The position numbers and the translations under genes are program-made. Below, piece by piece: positions 1-9,543 of a stretch of 64,000 nt of DNA (the stretch's first letter is position 1; each line of letters starts with the position of its first letter). The notes beneath the pieces are model-generated. The model saw only the letters and a list, made by a program, of their open reading frames with translations. It ran no database searches and was not told the DNA's origin. The stretch lies in the IMG/VR virus record IMGVR_UViG_3300044656_000238, positions 1-64,000 of that record. One strand, given 5' to 3'. This DNA is from a virus. Taxonomy: Duplodnaviria; Caudoviricetes.

Positions 1-1544
1 TCCTCGCTGTTCTGCCCGAACAGCTCCAGCGCGAACGACCCGAGGCCCAGCGCCAGACCGAGGGGGCCGGCCACGGTCTCAGCGAGACTCGCAGCCTTGG
101 AGGCGAACCCGGCACCCGCCGCCGCGGCCGTGCCCAACGCGCCGGTGATACGGCTGCTGCTGCCCTCCGTGTCCTTCGTCTTGGTGGCATAGTCGCCGAG
201 GTTCTTCGACAGGCTCTTGAGGTTGTCCGACAGCTTGTTCACGCCCGTGCTAGCGATGTCGGCCAGTTTGAACGAGCCCCACGCCTCGACCCCATACACG
301 GCGATGCTGCCAAGTGCCGGCGCGATCGGCTCCAGCACATGCAGGACCGCACCGGCGCCGCTGAGCAACCCGTTGAACCCTGAGGCCAGGGTCGGAAGCG
401 CCCCAGACGCCAGCCGCGTCGTGAAGTCGATCAGGCCGGATGCGGCGTGCCCGACCTCGGTGACCACGGCGCCAACGGCGTGCAGGCTGCTTGACACCTC
501 CTGCGAGTTCCGACCGAACGCGGCACCGGTCTCCCCAACGGCCTGTCCCAGATCACCAGCGACGCCTGCGGTCGCGGACATGACCTGCTGGCTGTTAGCG
601 AGGCCCGACTCCAGCCCCGGCAACGCATTCGTGGCGAACGCCTCGACACCCTGCGTGAGAATCGGGATATCGGCAGCGGCGTCATCGAACATTTTCTTGA
701 TCAGGGGCGACTCGCGCTGCACCAGTTGGTCGATCTCGCCCATGGCCCGATCCAGCGGCGCGACCATACCGATCGAGGCACCCTGCGCGGCGGTTGTCGC
801 GTCGTCCTTGAGCTTCGCCCACCCAGCCTGCAACGCCGGGTTGCCCCGCTGGATCGTGGCGCCCATCGCGGTCAGGAACAAGGCGCCGGTGCCGATCGCG
901 CCCGCATCGATGAGCGGGCCGCCGCCGAGAATCGCGCCACCGAGCGCCGTGGCGATCAAGGCACTGCGGGCCCGGATGCCGCGGGACACCGACTCGCTGG
1001 TCTTCTTTCCGGTCTCCTCGGCCGGTTCGCCAGAGCCCTCGCTGGTCTTCTTCCCGAACTCTTCCGACGCTTCCTCGCCGGCCTCGCCGAACCCAGCCTT
1101 GGCAACGTCGCGCATTGCCTCGGCTGCCGCCGCGGCGACGTCGCCAGACTCGCGCCGCAGTACGCTGCCGCTCTGTGCCGTGAACTCCTTAGCAGCGTCT
1201 GTCCCTGCGGTGCCGAAGCCCGCGATGGCCGCCGCACGCAACGCATCCGACGCGTCAGCGCCAGAACCCGACGCGCCGCCCTTCAATGCCGGCCTGGACT
1301 TGGCAGTGAACTCCCTGGCGGCGTCCGCGCCAGCTACGCCATACCCCAGCATGGTCATCTCGCGGAACGCATCGGAGACTTCCGCGCCGGCGCTGCTCCC
1401 CGCCTCCTTAAGGCCCTTGGACGCCGATGTGTTGAACGCGACGGCGGCCTCGGCGCCCATCGCCGCGAACGCGGCCTTCAGCTTTTCGCGGCCGGTCTGG
1501 GTGTCATCGTTGATCGCGACCCGGATCAGGACTTCGTTGGTCAC
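1..1544 (-). CDS. Tape measure protein, 5' part (runs off the window)
   Basis: GTG at 1544 overlaps the TGA of the chaperone extension. Long Ala/Gly-rich helical frame (MTNEVLIRVAINDDTQTGREKLKAAFAAMG...) directly after the tail assembly chaperone. Confidence 0.85.
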   Translation of the reverse strand, partial: MTNEVLIRVAINDDTQTGREKLKAAFAAMGAEAAVAFNTSASKGLKEAGSSAGAEVSDAFREMTMLGYGVAGADAAREFTAKSRPALKGGASGSGADASDALRAAAIAGFGTAGTDAAKEFTAQSGSVLRRESGDVAAAAAEAMRDVAKAGFGEAGEEASEEFGKKTSEGSGEPAEETGKKTSESVSRGIRARSALIATALGGAILGGGPLIDAGAIGTGALFLTAMGATIQRGNPALQAGWAKLKDDATTAAQGASIGMVAPLDRAMGEIDQLVQRESPLIKKMFDDAAADIPILTQGVEAFATNALPGLESGLANSQQVMSATAGVAGDLGQAVGETGAAFGRNSQEVSSSLHAVGAVVTEVGHAASGLIDFTTRLASGALPTLASGFNGLLSGAGAVLHVLEPIAPALGSIAVYGVEAWGSFKLADIASTGVNKLSDNLKSLSKNLGDYATKTKDTEGSSSRITGALGTAAAAGAGFASKAASLAETVAGPLGLALGLGSFALELFGQNSE

Positions 1545-1771
1545 GGCACACCGCCCTCGTCAGGTTCGCGGCCGTGATCGACGATGTTCACCAGCTTCAG
1601 GAGGTGGGCGTCCTCCTGCATGAGGGTTGTGTAGGTGTAGCCAGGAAACCGTTGTAGCAGACGAAGAACGGTTACAGCCTCGGTTAGCTCGCGAGGCTTT
1701 CCGACAACGTTTCCATCGGAATCGACTCCACCGCCGACAGATCGCCAGAGGTCGAGCCGCCGTCCAAAGGG
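1541..1771 (-). CDS. Tail assembly chaperone -1 frameshift extension (gpGT-like)
   Basis: The -1 frame PFGRRLDLWRSVGGG...LLQRFPGYTYTTLMQED is entered at C CCT TTG and ends at the tape measure start. Confidence 0.75.
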   Translation of the reverse strand, partial: PFGRRLDLWRSVGGGVDSDGNVVGKPRELTEAVTVLRLLQRFPGYTYTTLMQEDAHLLKLVNIVDHGREPDEGGVP

Positions 1772-2106
1772 CGTGACACTCCGGTGGTGTTCCTTCGCCA
1801 AGCGCCGATCATGGACGCGACGAAGTTTCCTTCCATGCCCTGCAAGGCTTCCACTGTGACCGGAACAGGTTCACCGTTCTCGCAGATGTTCCAGTCGACA
1901 ACGTGCGCGATGAACTCGACCTGCTGGTGGTGGATACGATCCCTTCGCTCCTGCGGGGTCAGGCCGTCTTCGAACGGATAGAGGTCCGCAAACCCGTCGA
2001 GGGCCTCTCGAACCGTCACGGCTCGTACGCGGACGACCAGGTCCGCGTACGCTTCATCGTCCCATTCCAGACGGTAGATGGTCCGTGGAACTTCGAACCC
2101 GGTCAC
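1684..2106 (-). CDS. Tail assembly chaperone (gpG-like)
   Basis: GTG with AAGGAG RBS. Lies between the tail-tube and tape measure genes. VVDWNI..NGEPVPVTVEAL motif. Confidence 0.75.
   Translation of the reverse strand: MTGFEVPRTIYRLEWDDEAYADLVVRVRAVTVREALDGFADLYPFEDGLTPQERRDRIHHQQVEFIAHVVDWNICENGEPVPVTVEALQGMEGNFVASMIGAWRRNTTGVSRPLDGGSTSGDLSAVESIPMETLSESLAS
1765..1771 (-). promoter_or_regulatory. Programmed -1 ribosomal frameshift heptamer CCCTTTG
   Basis: XXXYYYZ heptamer in the correct phase (C CCT TTG) near the end of the chaperone gene. Confidence 0.75.
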
Positions 2107-2131
2107 GGGTGTCTCCTTGTCCCGTGCTGGG

Positions 2132-2551
2132 TCACGACCACGTAGGCGTTGTGCCGTCGGCGAGCGACAGGGGCGCCGTCCATGTGAGGGCACCGCCGGT
2201 AGCCCGCTTGACCTGGTAGTCGGAGGCCACGCACTCGTTCGCAAGCGTGCTGGTCACGCTCGCAGGGGAAGTGATCGCGAGGGTGACGGTGCGCTGAACG
2301 CTGCCGGTCGGCACGGTCTTGAACACGTCGTGGCTCATGTTCGCGACGTTGTTGAACACCCCGTTCAGGGAGATCGAGAAGTCGGCGAGCAGCAGGAGCC
2401 GCTCGTTCGCGGACTTGTCCACACCGGTGGTGTCCTGCACACCGCGCGGGGTCGAGTACGAGAAGTCCGTGATGTCATTGGAGATCGTGCGGGCGGTGCC
2501 GGCGCCATCATCGACGGCGACCGAATACCCAAGGCCGCTTTGCTTGGCCAC
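2132..2551 (-). CDS. Tail tube / major tail protein (139 aa)
   Basis: Beta-rich and Thr/Ser-rich, directly upstream of the chaperone. DTTGVDKSANERL motif. Confidence 0.7.
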   Translation of the reverse strand: MAKQSGLGYSVAVDDGAGTARTISNDITDFSYSTPRGVQDTTGVDKSANERLLLLADFSISLNGVFNNVANMSHDVFKTVPTGSVQRTVTLAITSPASVTSTLANECVASDYQVKRATGGALTWTAPLSLADGTTPTWS

Positions 2552-2560
2552 TGTGGCCCC

Positions 2561-2962
2561 CTATCCTTTGTTGATCGCGCCGAGGACGGCGTCGGTGTGC
2601 GTGTGGAGGTCGTCGGCCCAGCTGCCGTTGCTGGTGTGGATTCGGCGCCGTGCGCGACCGTTGTCGGTCGGTGTGTCCACGACGTAGAGCGGTGCCCGGC
2701 CGACGTTCGTTCGGTGCGTCGCTGCCTTGAAGCACGGCTGCCCGGCTTCGAAGACGAGGTACGTTTCGCCTTCAGCGATGGGCAGTTCGGTGTACGAGCG
2801 GCCGCTGGTGCGTGCTGCGTGTAACAGTTCGGGCGACAGGGTTTCGACGCGGACGCGCCACCCGTTGAGGTAGTGCTCGCAGTTGACCTCGGCGCATGAC
2901 GCTGGCCGGAAGTGAGTCTCGGGCGGGTTGAGGATGCGGTAGGCAACCTGGTTCGGGTTCAT
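2561..2962 (-). CDS. Tail-region hypothetical protein
   Basis: ATG coupled by TGATG to the upstream gene. MNPNQVAYRILNPPETHFRPASCAEVNCEHY. Confidence 0.7.
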   Translation of the reverse strand: MNPNQVAYRILNPPETHFRPASCAEVNCEHYLNGWRVRVETLSPELLHAARTSGRSYTELPIAEGETYLVFEAGQPCFKAATHRTNVGRAPLYVVDTPTDNGRARRRIHTSNGSWADDLHTHTDAVLGAINKG

Positions 2963-3711
2963 CAGAACGACACCGCCGCCGTGTTCCGGACGAACATCAC
3001 CGAGAACGTGGCGGATGTGAAGCCGCCTGTGGTGACGGTCGAGACGCGCACGTAGCGCCGCACCACCGCTGTGCCGCCGACCGCGAGCCGCTGCGCCTGC
3101 GGCGTGGTTGTGGTGATCGGTGTGAACGCACCGGATGCGAGGTCGGCGAACGTGCTGTTGTCCGCGCTGTCCTGGATCTTGATCGTGACATCGGTTCCGG
3201 TGAACGCATTCAGGTGGAGGTACGCCTGCCATCCGAACGCGGTCGACACCGTGGTCTGGTCGACGCTCGTGCCGTTGGTGGCGGCAGTGTCCGTCCGCAT
3301 GCCGGGGGTGAGTTGGACACCCCAGTCCGCGCCGTACCCGTTGGCCTGCGCCTCGCATGTGAAGGTGTAGGCGCCGTCGTTGGCTCGCTTGCCGTCGTAG
3401 TTCAGCTGGAGCGCGAGCAGTGACGCGGCCGGGTTGCCGAGCGTGGTGCCGCGACAGTAGGTCGCGATCCTGTTCGTGCGCGGCAACGTCTTCAGGACTG
3501 ACAAGACCTTGCCGGTAGCGGCGTTGAAAAACGTCGTCCACTTCATTTCGCCGTCGCGCAAGCCGCCGATGCGCTCGTACGCGGACTTGTCGATACCGGT
3601 GACGTCCAGCAGCTTCTGCGGTGAGCTGATGTTCTCGATCGAGCCGATGTCGCCGGAGACGTTGTTGCCGTCGACGTAGAAGTTGTCCCCGAGGCCGCCC
3701 TGTTTGGACAC
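2962..3711 (-). CDS. Second tail-tube-like protein with a C-terminal extra domain (249 aa)
   Basis: Shares the KQxGLG and TGxDKSAxER motifs with 2132..2551. GGAG RBS. Confidence 0.65.
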   Translation of the reverse strand: MSKQGGLGDNFYVDGNNVSGDIGSIENISSPQKLLDVTGIDKSAYERIGGLRDGEMKWTTFFNAATGKVLSVLKTLPRTNRIATYCRGTTLGNPAASLLALQLNYDGKRANDGAYTFTCEAQANGYGADWGVQLTPGMRTDTAATNGTSVDQTTVSTAFGWQAYLHLNAFTGTDVTIKIQDSADNSTFADLASGAFTPITTTTPQAQRLAVGGTAVVRRYVRVSTVTTGGFTSATFSVMFVRNTAAVSF

Positions 3712-3766
3712 GGGTCAGCCCTCCTCTCCTGCGTTCAGGGGGCTGCCGCGCGCAGAGCGGCGGTGA

Positions 3767-4228
3767 TCAGTAGCTGGTGGGTTGCTGGTCGAAAACGTCG
3801 TCCACGATCAGCGGGACGGTGATGTCCATGACCCGGTACAGCTGGCCAGACAGATTCAGGTAGCCGGCTTTCGCGGACAAGCCGACGCCGAACTGGCCGA
3901 GGAGATCGATCTCGCGAACCTGCTCGGCGAGCGTGAAGTCCGCCGAGAGTCCCTCCATCACTGCGGAGACCGCGCTGGCGAGGTTCGGATCGATCTCATC
4001 GGCCGGCTTGGCCACGATGTTCGAGTAGATCCGCAATGTGAATGCGACCCGCAAGCTGGTAGTGGCCAGTCCGCTGGACTTCACCGGATCAACCGTCTGG
4101 ACCCACAGCGCCGCCACGTAGTTCCCGGCGTTGCCCTCGGGCTCGTGCATGTTGACGCTCTCGAACACGCCGAGCGTCAGGCAGTGGTCCCGGATCGCGT
4201 TCATGAGCGCGTCGCAGTCGAGGGCCAT
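3767..4228 (-). CDS. Tail terminator / completion protein
   Basis: ATG at 4228, size and position before the tail-tube genes. DFTL..QVREIDLLG motif. Confidence 0.6.
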   Translation of the reverse strand: MALDCDALMNAIRDHCLTLGVFESVNMHEPEGNAGNYVAALWVQTVDPVKSSGLATTSLRVAFTLRIYSNIVAKPADEIDPNLASAVSAVMEGLSADFTLAEQVREIDLLGQFGVGLSAKAGYLNLSGQLYRVMDITVPLIVDDVFDQQPTSY

Positions 4229-4614
4229 CAGCTGATCTCCTCGATGAACCGCTCGAAGCTCGGCCCCGCCAGCCCCACTGCGTTGGCCTGGAGCTCGGGC
4301 GTGACGAGCTCGAAGGTGTTGTAGCCGCGGAACCGCGTCACGGGGAAGTTTCTGGAGCCGACGCCTTCCAGCCACCAGGCGTAGATCAGCGTCTCACCGT
4401 CGACCTTGGCGGTGTCGAACGGCTGCTCCCGCGCCCTGATCGACGCCTCATAGCGACCAGTAGGGTGCTTCAGCACCTGTGACAGCCGGACTCGGACGTC
4501 CCGAGCGCCCTGGTCTGCGATGTCCATCGTCGCGTCCTGCTGGAAATGGCGAGACGCTGCTTCGTAGAGGACGTCGTCGAAGAACGGGCCTCTGATCTCG
4601 ACGTCGCTGGTCAT
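4228..4614 (-). CDS. HK97 gp10-like neck/tail component
   Basis: PTGRYEASI and YAWWLEG motifs, plus synteny. Confidence 0.55.
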   Translation of the reverse strand: MTSDVEIRGPFFDDVLYEAASRHFQQDATMDIADQGARDVRVRLSQVLKHPTGRYEASIRAREQPFDTAKVDGETLIYAWWLEGVGSRNFPVTRFRGYNTFELVTPELQANAVGLAGPSFERFIEEIS

Positions 4615-5675
4615 AGGTGCCTCGCTGCGGTGCGCACCCTGATTTTCCGCTGGTATGAGGCGAGTGCCTGCTGCCACAGCTCGGGCAACCCCACACCGAT
4701 CTTCGTCATCTCTCCGCGGCTGATGGCCATCGCATAGCCGGAGCGTTCGGAGCCGAGCCGGGCCATGGACTCGGCGACCGCGAGTGTGCGGATCGTGCCG
4801 GGTGCCGCGTGCACCGCGATCGGCGCGTTCGCGGAGTGCGTGGCCGCGGTGGTGCCCAGCTGCCCGCGCGCGAGCGTCAACTGGCGGGAGGCATAGATCG
4901 CGGTGCCCGCGTTGTGCGCGGCCAGGGCGCTGCCGTCCCACGCTCGCTTGACGATGAGGTTGTTGCCGGCGACGGTGTCGACGAGCATCTTCTCGGCGTC
5001 GATCAGGATCGTCTCGCCCTGGTGAATCTGGGTGCCGTCCGGAACGGGCACGGTGACGGCTTGAGCGCCGGCGGGCAGCACGGCTTGACTGGTCTGGCCG
5101 GTGTCGGCCATGCCGCGCTCGGTGACGATCATCCGTTCGGTGTCGACGCGCAGGATCGCCCCGACGCCCACGAGGGTGCCGTTCGACACGGTGGCGGTGG
5201 TCTGCGTGGTGCTCGTGATCGCCGCGGAGATCGTGCCGCCGGCGTTTTCCGCCAGGTTGAACCCGTACGGGCCCAGGACGCTGATAGCCCGCTGGTAGGT
5301 GGAGGCGGCCATGAACGTCGCATCCGTGGACAGGTCGACTTCGAGGTAGGTGTACGGCGGGGTGGTGTCGCCGCGGCCGTTACGGGCCAGCACTCCGGCG
5401 GTGATGTCGATGCCGCTAGACAGCACTTGGGTCGGCGGCGCGGCGAGTTCGTTGGAGTCGAGCCACAGTCGCCAGGGAAGGCTGTACTGGTGGTCGAGGT
5501 AATCAAAACGCCTCGTGTCGATGGTGGGGTAGAACACGCGGCGCATCTGCTTGTCGATGAAGCGGGACGCGGCGACGATGCACCGGTCGATCTGCGTGTC
5601 GTAGCGGGAGGTGGCGACGGTGTCGAGTCCAGCCTTGACGTCTTCGCGCCAGCAGTAGACGGGTTCGGCGTCCAT
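4611..5675 (-). CDS. Head-to-tail adaptor with a beta-rich insertion
   Basis: N-terminus YCWREDVKAGL...IVAASRFID resembles gp6/gp15 adaptors. Follows the capsid genes. Confidence 0.6.
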   Translation of the reverse strand: MDAEPVYCWREDVKAGLDTVATSRYDTQIDRCIVAASRFIDKQMRRVFYPTIDTRRFDYLDHQYSLPWRLWLDSNELAAPPTQVLSSGIDITAGVLARNGRGDTTPPYTYLEVDLSTDATFMAASTYQRAISVLGPYGFNLAENAGGTISAAITSTTQTTATVSNGTLVGVGAILRVDTERMIVTERGMADTGQTSQAVLPAGAQAVTVPVPDGTQIHQGETILIDAEKMLVDTVAGNNLIVKRAWDGSALAAHNAGTAIYASRQLTLARGQLGTTAATHSANAPIAVHAAPGTIRTLAVAESMARLGSERSGYAMAISRGEMTKIGVGLPELWQQALASYQRKIRVRTAARHL

Positions 5676-5695
5676 GACGTCACCTCCCGCCGCTG

Positions 5696-6067
5696 CTATT
5701 TACCGGACTGGCGGGTACGCGCCGTCTTCCGTGCCGTCCCATCGCCAGTGGCCCCACGGGCAGTAGATGGAGTCGTCTGGTCCGACTCGGATTGGTTCTC
5801 CGCATCGGGGGCAGGCTTGGGGGTGCTGGGCTCGGGACTCTTCTCGGACTTGTCGGCAGTAGGTGAGGACGTTGAGGAGTCCGTACCAGCCTGATCCGTC
5901 TCCGGGGTCTGGTCCTGCCACGAGTCGTTCACCTCCTCGACCGGGTTGCCGTCAGCGTCGACCGGGACCGCGGGGGTGCCGTCGACGACGTGCTGGGTGA
6001 CCGGGTTGCCGGCGATGTCCTGCCAGACGTGCGGGTTGTGCTCGCGGGGCGGGTGTGCGCTCGTCAC
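5696..6067 (-). CDS. Hypothetical low-complexity head-region protein
   Basis: GAGGAGG RBS 5 nt before GTG. Confidence 0.5.
   Translation of the reverse strand: MTSAHPPREHNPHVWQDIAGNPVTQHVVDGTPAVPVDADGNPVEEVNDSWQDQTPETDQAGTDSSTSSPTADKSEKSPEPSTPKPAPDAENQSESDQTTPSTARGATGDGTARKTARTRQSGK
5700..5921 (-). CDS. Small Zn-ribbon protein nested out of frame in 5696..6067
   Basis: GGAGGT RBS. CPRCGEP...YCPWGH motif. Confidence 0.55.
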   Translation of the reverse strand: MAGPDPGDGSGWYGLLNVLTYCRQVREESRAQHPQACPRCGEPIRVGPDDSIYCPWGHWRWDGTEDGAYPPVR

Positions 6068-6097
6068 CGCGTCCTCCTCGAAAGTAGGGGTGCTGCG

Positions 6098-6151
6098 GTC
6101 GGGAACGGCTCGGGGTGAGGGGACAGGGGAAGCGCCCGAGCCGAACCCGAC
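6098..6151. terminator. Long hairpin downstream of the capsid decoration gene
   Basis: GTCGGG..CGGCTCGGG pairs with CCCGAGCCG..CCCGAC. Confidence 0.35.
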
Positions 6152-6174
6152 GGCAGAACGGGTGAGGTCAGCCG

Positions 6175-6684
6175 TCAGAACAGGACCGGCTGGAGGTTCG
6201 CCGGGTCACGCCGCACGGTCAGGTCCGACAGCAGCGTGAGGCCGGCACCGAGACGGGACACAGTGCCCGGGTCCGCCACCGACAGGGACACGTAGTCGAA
6301 ACCATCGTCCACGTCCTTGGTGTTGACCTGCACCACGACGATCAGCTGCTTCGCCGCGTAGGTCGCGCCCGCGAGGGTCAGCGTGGCGCTGGCCGACTGG
6401 GTGATCTTCGTCCAGGTTTCGGTGTTCGCCAGCGTCGTGGCGGACTTGACCCATGCGGTGGTGATGATCGCGAGGTTCTGCGTGGTGCCCGAGCTGGAGG
6501 CGTTGTGCTCCTTCAGCGTGAACACCAGGTCCTCAGTGCCCGACGCGGCAGCTGCGACCGGGACGATGAACGCGCAGGACTGAGCGTTCTTCAGGCACGC
6601 GCGCAGACCGGTGAACCCCGCGGTGGTCAGGTCGACCGGTGCCGCAGTCGCGCCGACATCGAACGTGAATCCGAGCTTGAGCAT
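6175..6684 (-). CDS. Capsid decoration/cement-like protein
   Basis: Directly downstream of the capsid gene, beta-rich. DVDDGFDYV motif. Confidence 0.55.
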   Translation of the reverse strand: MLKLGFTFDVGATAAPVDLTTAGFTGLRACLKNAQSCAFIVPVAAAASGTEDLVFTLKEHNASSSGTTQNLAIITTAWVKSATTLANTETWTKITQSASATLTLAGATYAAKQLIVVVQVNTKDVDDGFDYVSLSVADPGTVSRLGAGLTLLSDLTVRRDPANLQPVLF

Positions 6685-6796
6685 GGCAATGCAGCCTTTC
6701 GGGTTGGTGGTATCTCGCCGCCCGCAGGTGGGGACGGCGCGGCGAGTGGGCCAGGGGTGTTAATGCCTGGCCCACCAGCAACGTCAGAAGTCGTCG

Positions 6797-8164
6797 TCAG
6801 TTGAGGACGACGTACGGTGACAGCGTGGCCGTGGAACCGTTGTGCGGAGTGATCGGCGACTGCACCCACGGCCGGCCGTCGACCCGGTTCAGCACGCGGA
6901 ACGCCGTCTTGTCGGTGCCGAACAGGTAGTCGGCCGACGACTCGACCTGCATCATCTGGCGGTCGCCGATCAAGTACTCGGTGAAGTCCACGTAGGACAG
7001 GTCGCCGAGGGTGCCGAGGGCTGGCACCTTCTCCGTGAAGATCACCGGCCGGCCCAGGATCGTCGGCTGCGGCACTCCCACGGCGTTGGCCAGCCACAGC
7101 ATCACCGGCACGTAGTTCGTGCCATCCGGCGAGAACGACAGCTTCGCCAGCTCCGGGAACGTGTCGTGCGCCGCGATCCACACCGCGTTCTTGTGGCTCG
7201 ACGGGTACATCCGCGAGTACATGGACACGATGTCGGAGTAGACGATGTGCGAACCGGTAGTCCGCGACACCTTGACCGCGCCGGCGCCGTTGATGACGCC
7301 GAGCGGCTTGTCCGTGCCGTCACCGGTGAGGAACGCCACGTCTTCGAACCAGGCGATGCCCGCGGGGAACTTGGTCGAGAACCAGGCCAGGAACGCGGGC
7401 GCGTCCCGCAGCAGCTCGTTCGGGATGCCGGAGAAGCCGAACAGCTTCTTGGCATCCAACGTGACCTGCGAGAACTTCGCCGAGGAGTCGACACCGGCGC
7501 CACCTTCAGCGGTCCAGTAGAACTGCATGCCGCCGTAGATGTTGTTCACGCGGCTGGTCTCGTCGACAGCCGGGATCGGAACCTTGAGGCTGTCCATGGG
7601 GATGACCGTGGCGAGTGGCCGGACCAGGGCCTCCTCCAGCACCAGCGACATGATTTCGCTGCGCAGGATCTCCGGGATCAGAAACCCGCCGTCCGACGGG
7701 ACGGTCGAGCCGTAGGCGTTGACGATCTCGTTGTACTTGGCGCGCTTCGCCGCGAGGTCCTTGTAGTTCGGCAGCGTTTCCGCGCGGAACCACGTCGCCT
7801 GGAAGAACTCGACGGGGTTCGAGAAGTCCTGGTCCAGGCCTGCGCCGATCGCGGCCGCATTGTGGATCTGCGCCTTGTTCGCCTTGCCCAGCAGGGAGTT
7901 CTTGCGGACGGCCTTCACGGCCTGGCCCGGCTTGAACTTGGAGGTGATCTCCATGCCCTGCTTCTCCAGCATGTCGGCCATGCCGATCTCCAGCTGGGCG
8001 AAGAACTCGCGCTCCTTGTCCTCGTGCCGCTTGACGAAGTTCTCGGCGTACCCGTTGAGGAACTCCGCCATCTTCGCCGGGTTGTTCGCCAGGTCCGCCC
8101 GGATGTCGTCGGTCAGGTAGTTCGCCAGCTCGTCCGGGTTGGACGGAATCGTTGGTGCGGTCAC
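6797..8164 (-). CDS. HK97-fold major capsid protein
   Basis: DGGFLIPE, WTAEG, NELLRD, FLTGDGTDKPLG, ILGRPV and RVDGRP motifs. Confidence 0.95.
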   Translation of the reverse strand: MTAPTIPSNPDELANYLTDDIRADLANNPAKMAEFLNGYAENFVKRHEDKEREFFAQLEIGMADMLEKQGMEITSKFKPGQAVKAVRKNSLLGKANKAQIHNAAAIGAGLDQDFSNPVEFFQATWFRAETLPNYKDLAAKRAKYNEIVNAYGSTVPSDGGFLIPEILRSEIMSLVLEEALVRPLATVIPMDSLKVPIPAVDETSRVNNIYGGMQFYWTAEGGAGVDSSAKFSQVTLDAKKLFGFSGIPNELLRDAPAFLAWFSTKFPAGIAWFEDVAFLTGDGTDKPLGVINGAGAVKVSRTTGSHIVYSDIVSMYSRMYPSSHKNAVWIAAHDTFPELAKLSFSPDGTNYVPVMLWLANAVGVPQPTILGRPVIFTEKVPALGTLGDLSYVDFTEYLIGDRQMMQVESSADYLFGTDKTAFRVLNRVDGRPWVQSPITPHNGSTATLSPYVVLN

Positions 8165-9543
8165 TGTGCCGCCCTCTCCTTCAGTGCCTGCCGGAAGATG
8201 TCCGGGTTCCAGACGGGGGTTGTGTCCTCCGCTCGCCGGGCGGCGAGGGCGGTCTCATCAGCTGGGGCGGCAGCTGGAGTTGGTACGGGATCGACACCGA
8301 GGGCTGGATCGTCGGTGGGCTCGCGATCTCCGATGCCGGCAGTGGCCGGGGGCACCGTCGGCGGGATCAGCGCCGTGAGGCGCTCGGCGACGAGATCAGC
8401 AATCGCAGCGGCCTCGACCGCAGGATCAACAGTCAGCGTCGCGACCGGGACAGCAGACCTGGCCGCGCCCGGCATGAACGGTGGCGGTGCGGACGCGCGG
8501 CCGTCGTAGTTGTAGAAGCTGAAGTTCCACCGGTCGGTCGCCGCCACAACATCGCTCGGCGTGTCCGTGTCACCGACCCGATCGGCGAGGCCCGCCTCCA
8601 CCGCCTCATCGGCCGTGTACCAGGTTTCGGCCTTCATCGCCGCACGCCACTCGTCCGCCGTGCCGCCCGCGCGTCCGGCGTAGATCGAGGCGAGGTTCTG
8701 TGAGACCTTGCCGAGCAGGTCGGCCATGTCCCGTGTCTCGGCCTCGTTCCCGAAACACATGCCCGACGCGTCGTGGATCATCACCATCGAGTTGGGCATC
8801 GCCGTGACCGTCTTGCCTGCCATGGCGATGAACGACGCTGCGGAGGCGGCGTGACCGTCGATGACGACATGCACATTGCCGGGGTGCGCGCGCAGCATGT
8901 TGGTGATCGCGATACCGTCGAACACATCCCCACCAGGAGAGTTGATGTGGACGGTCAGGTCCCGCTGTCCGACGGCTTGCAGCTGCCGGTTGAACTCGGA
9001 GGCGTCGACACCCCAGAACCCAATCTCGTCGAAGATGTCGAGCCTGGCCGTGTCGGTCCCGGTGGTGTTGGTGAATCGGAAGAACTCGGCTCGATCGGAC
9101 AGCTTCCGCGCCCGGACAGCGCGGACCCGAGCACGATCCGACCCGACCATGAGGCCCAGCTGCCCAGCGCGCGCCCATGAAGCCTCGTCGCTGAGGGGAA
9201 ACCGAGCGACATCGTCGGCCTTTCCGCCATCGTCGTCACCGCCCTTGTCGCCGTCGTCGAGGTGCGCCTGAAGGTGAGCCTTCACGCCAGCCCGGTCCCC
9301 GTCGGGGATGTTCGCGGACTCCAGACGGGCGAGACCGTTCCGGCAGGCGGCGAGGTTGGCTGGGCCGCCCTCGGTCTTGTGGTGCGGAAACTTGAAGTCC
9401 GCCTTCTCGTCGCCCGCATCGGCGGTCTGCCAGGCGTGGCAGTAATGCAGCACTGGCTTGCTGTTCGGCATCGCCGCGACCGCGGCTGGCCCGTCCCACG
9501 CTTCGTCCGTGGTCGCCGTGTGGTGGATTCCGTTAGCAGGGAT
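8161..9543 (-). CDS. ClpP-type head maturation protease with an N-terminal accessory domain (first ATG 9471; possible ATC start 9543)
   Basis: INSPGGDVFDG, IDGHAASAASFIAMAG, MIHDA and ETWYTADEAVEAGLAD motifs. Confidence 0.9.
   Translation of the reverse strand: MPANGIHHTATTDEAWDGPAAVAAMPNSKPVLHYCHAWQTADAGDEKADFKFPHHKTEGGPANLAACRNGLARLESANIPDGDRAGVKAHLQAHLDDGDKGGDDDGGKADDVARFPLSDEASWARAGQLGLMVGSDRARVRAVRARKLSDRAEFFRFTNTTGTDTARLDIFDEIGFWGVDASEFNRQLQAVGQRDLTVHINSPGGDVFDGIAITNMLRAHPGNVHVVIDGHAASAASFIAMAGKTVTAMPNSMVMIHDASGMCFGNEAETRDMADLLGKVSQNLASIYAGRAGGTADEWRAAMKAETWYTADEAVEAGLADRVGDTDTPSDVVAATDRWNFSFYNYDGRASAPPPFMPGAARSAVPVATLTVDPAVEAAAIADLVAERLTALIPPTVPPATAGIGDREPTDDPALGVDPVPTPAAAPADETALAARRAEDTTPVWNPDIFRQALKERAAQ

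Noticed and set aside
217-1623. 468-aa + strand ORF and other long + strand ORFs (e.g. 6842..8509, 44082..45524, 51292..52587)
   Set aside because: Antisense shadows of real minus-strand genes, caused by high GC3. They carry no recognisable motifs.
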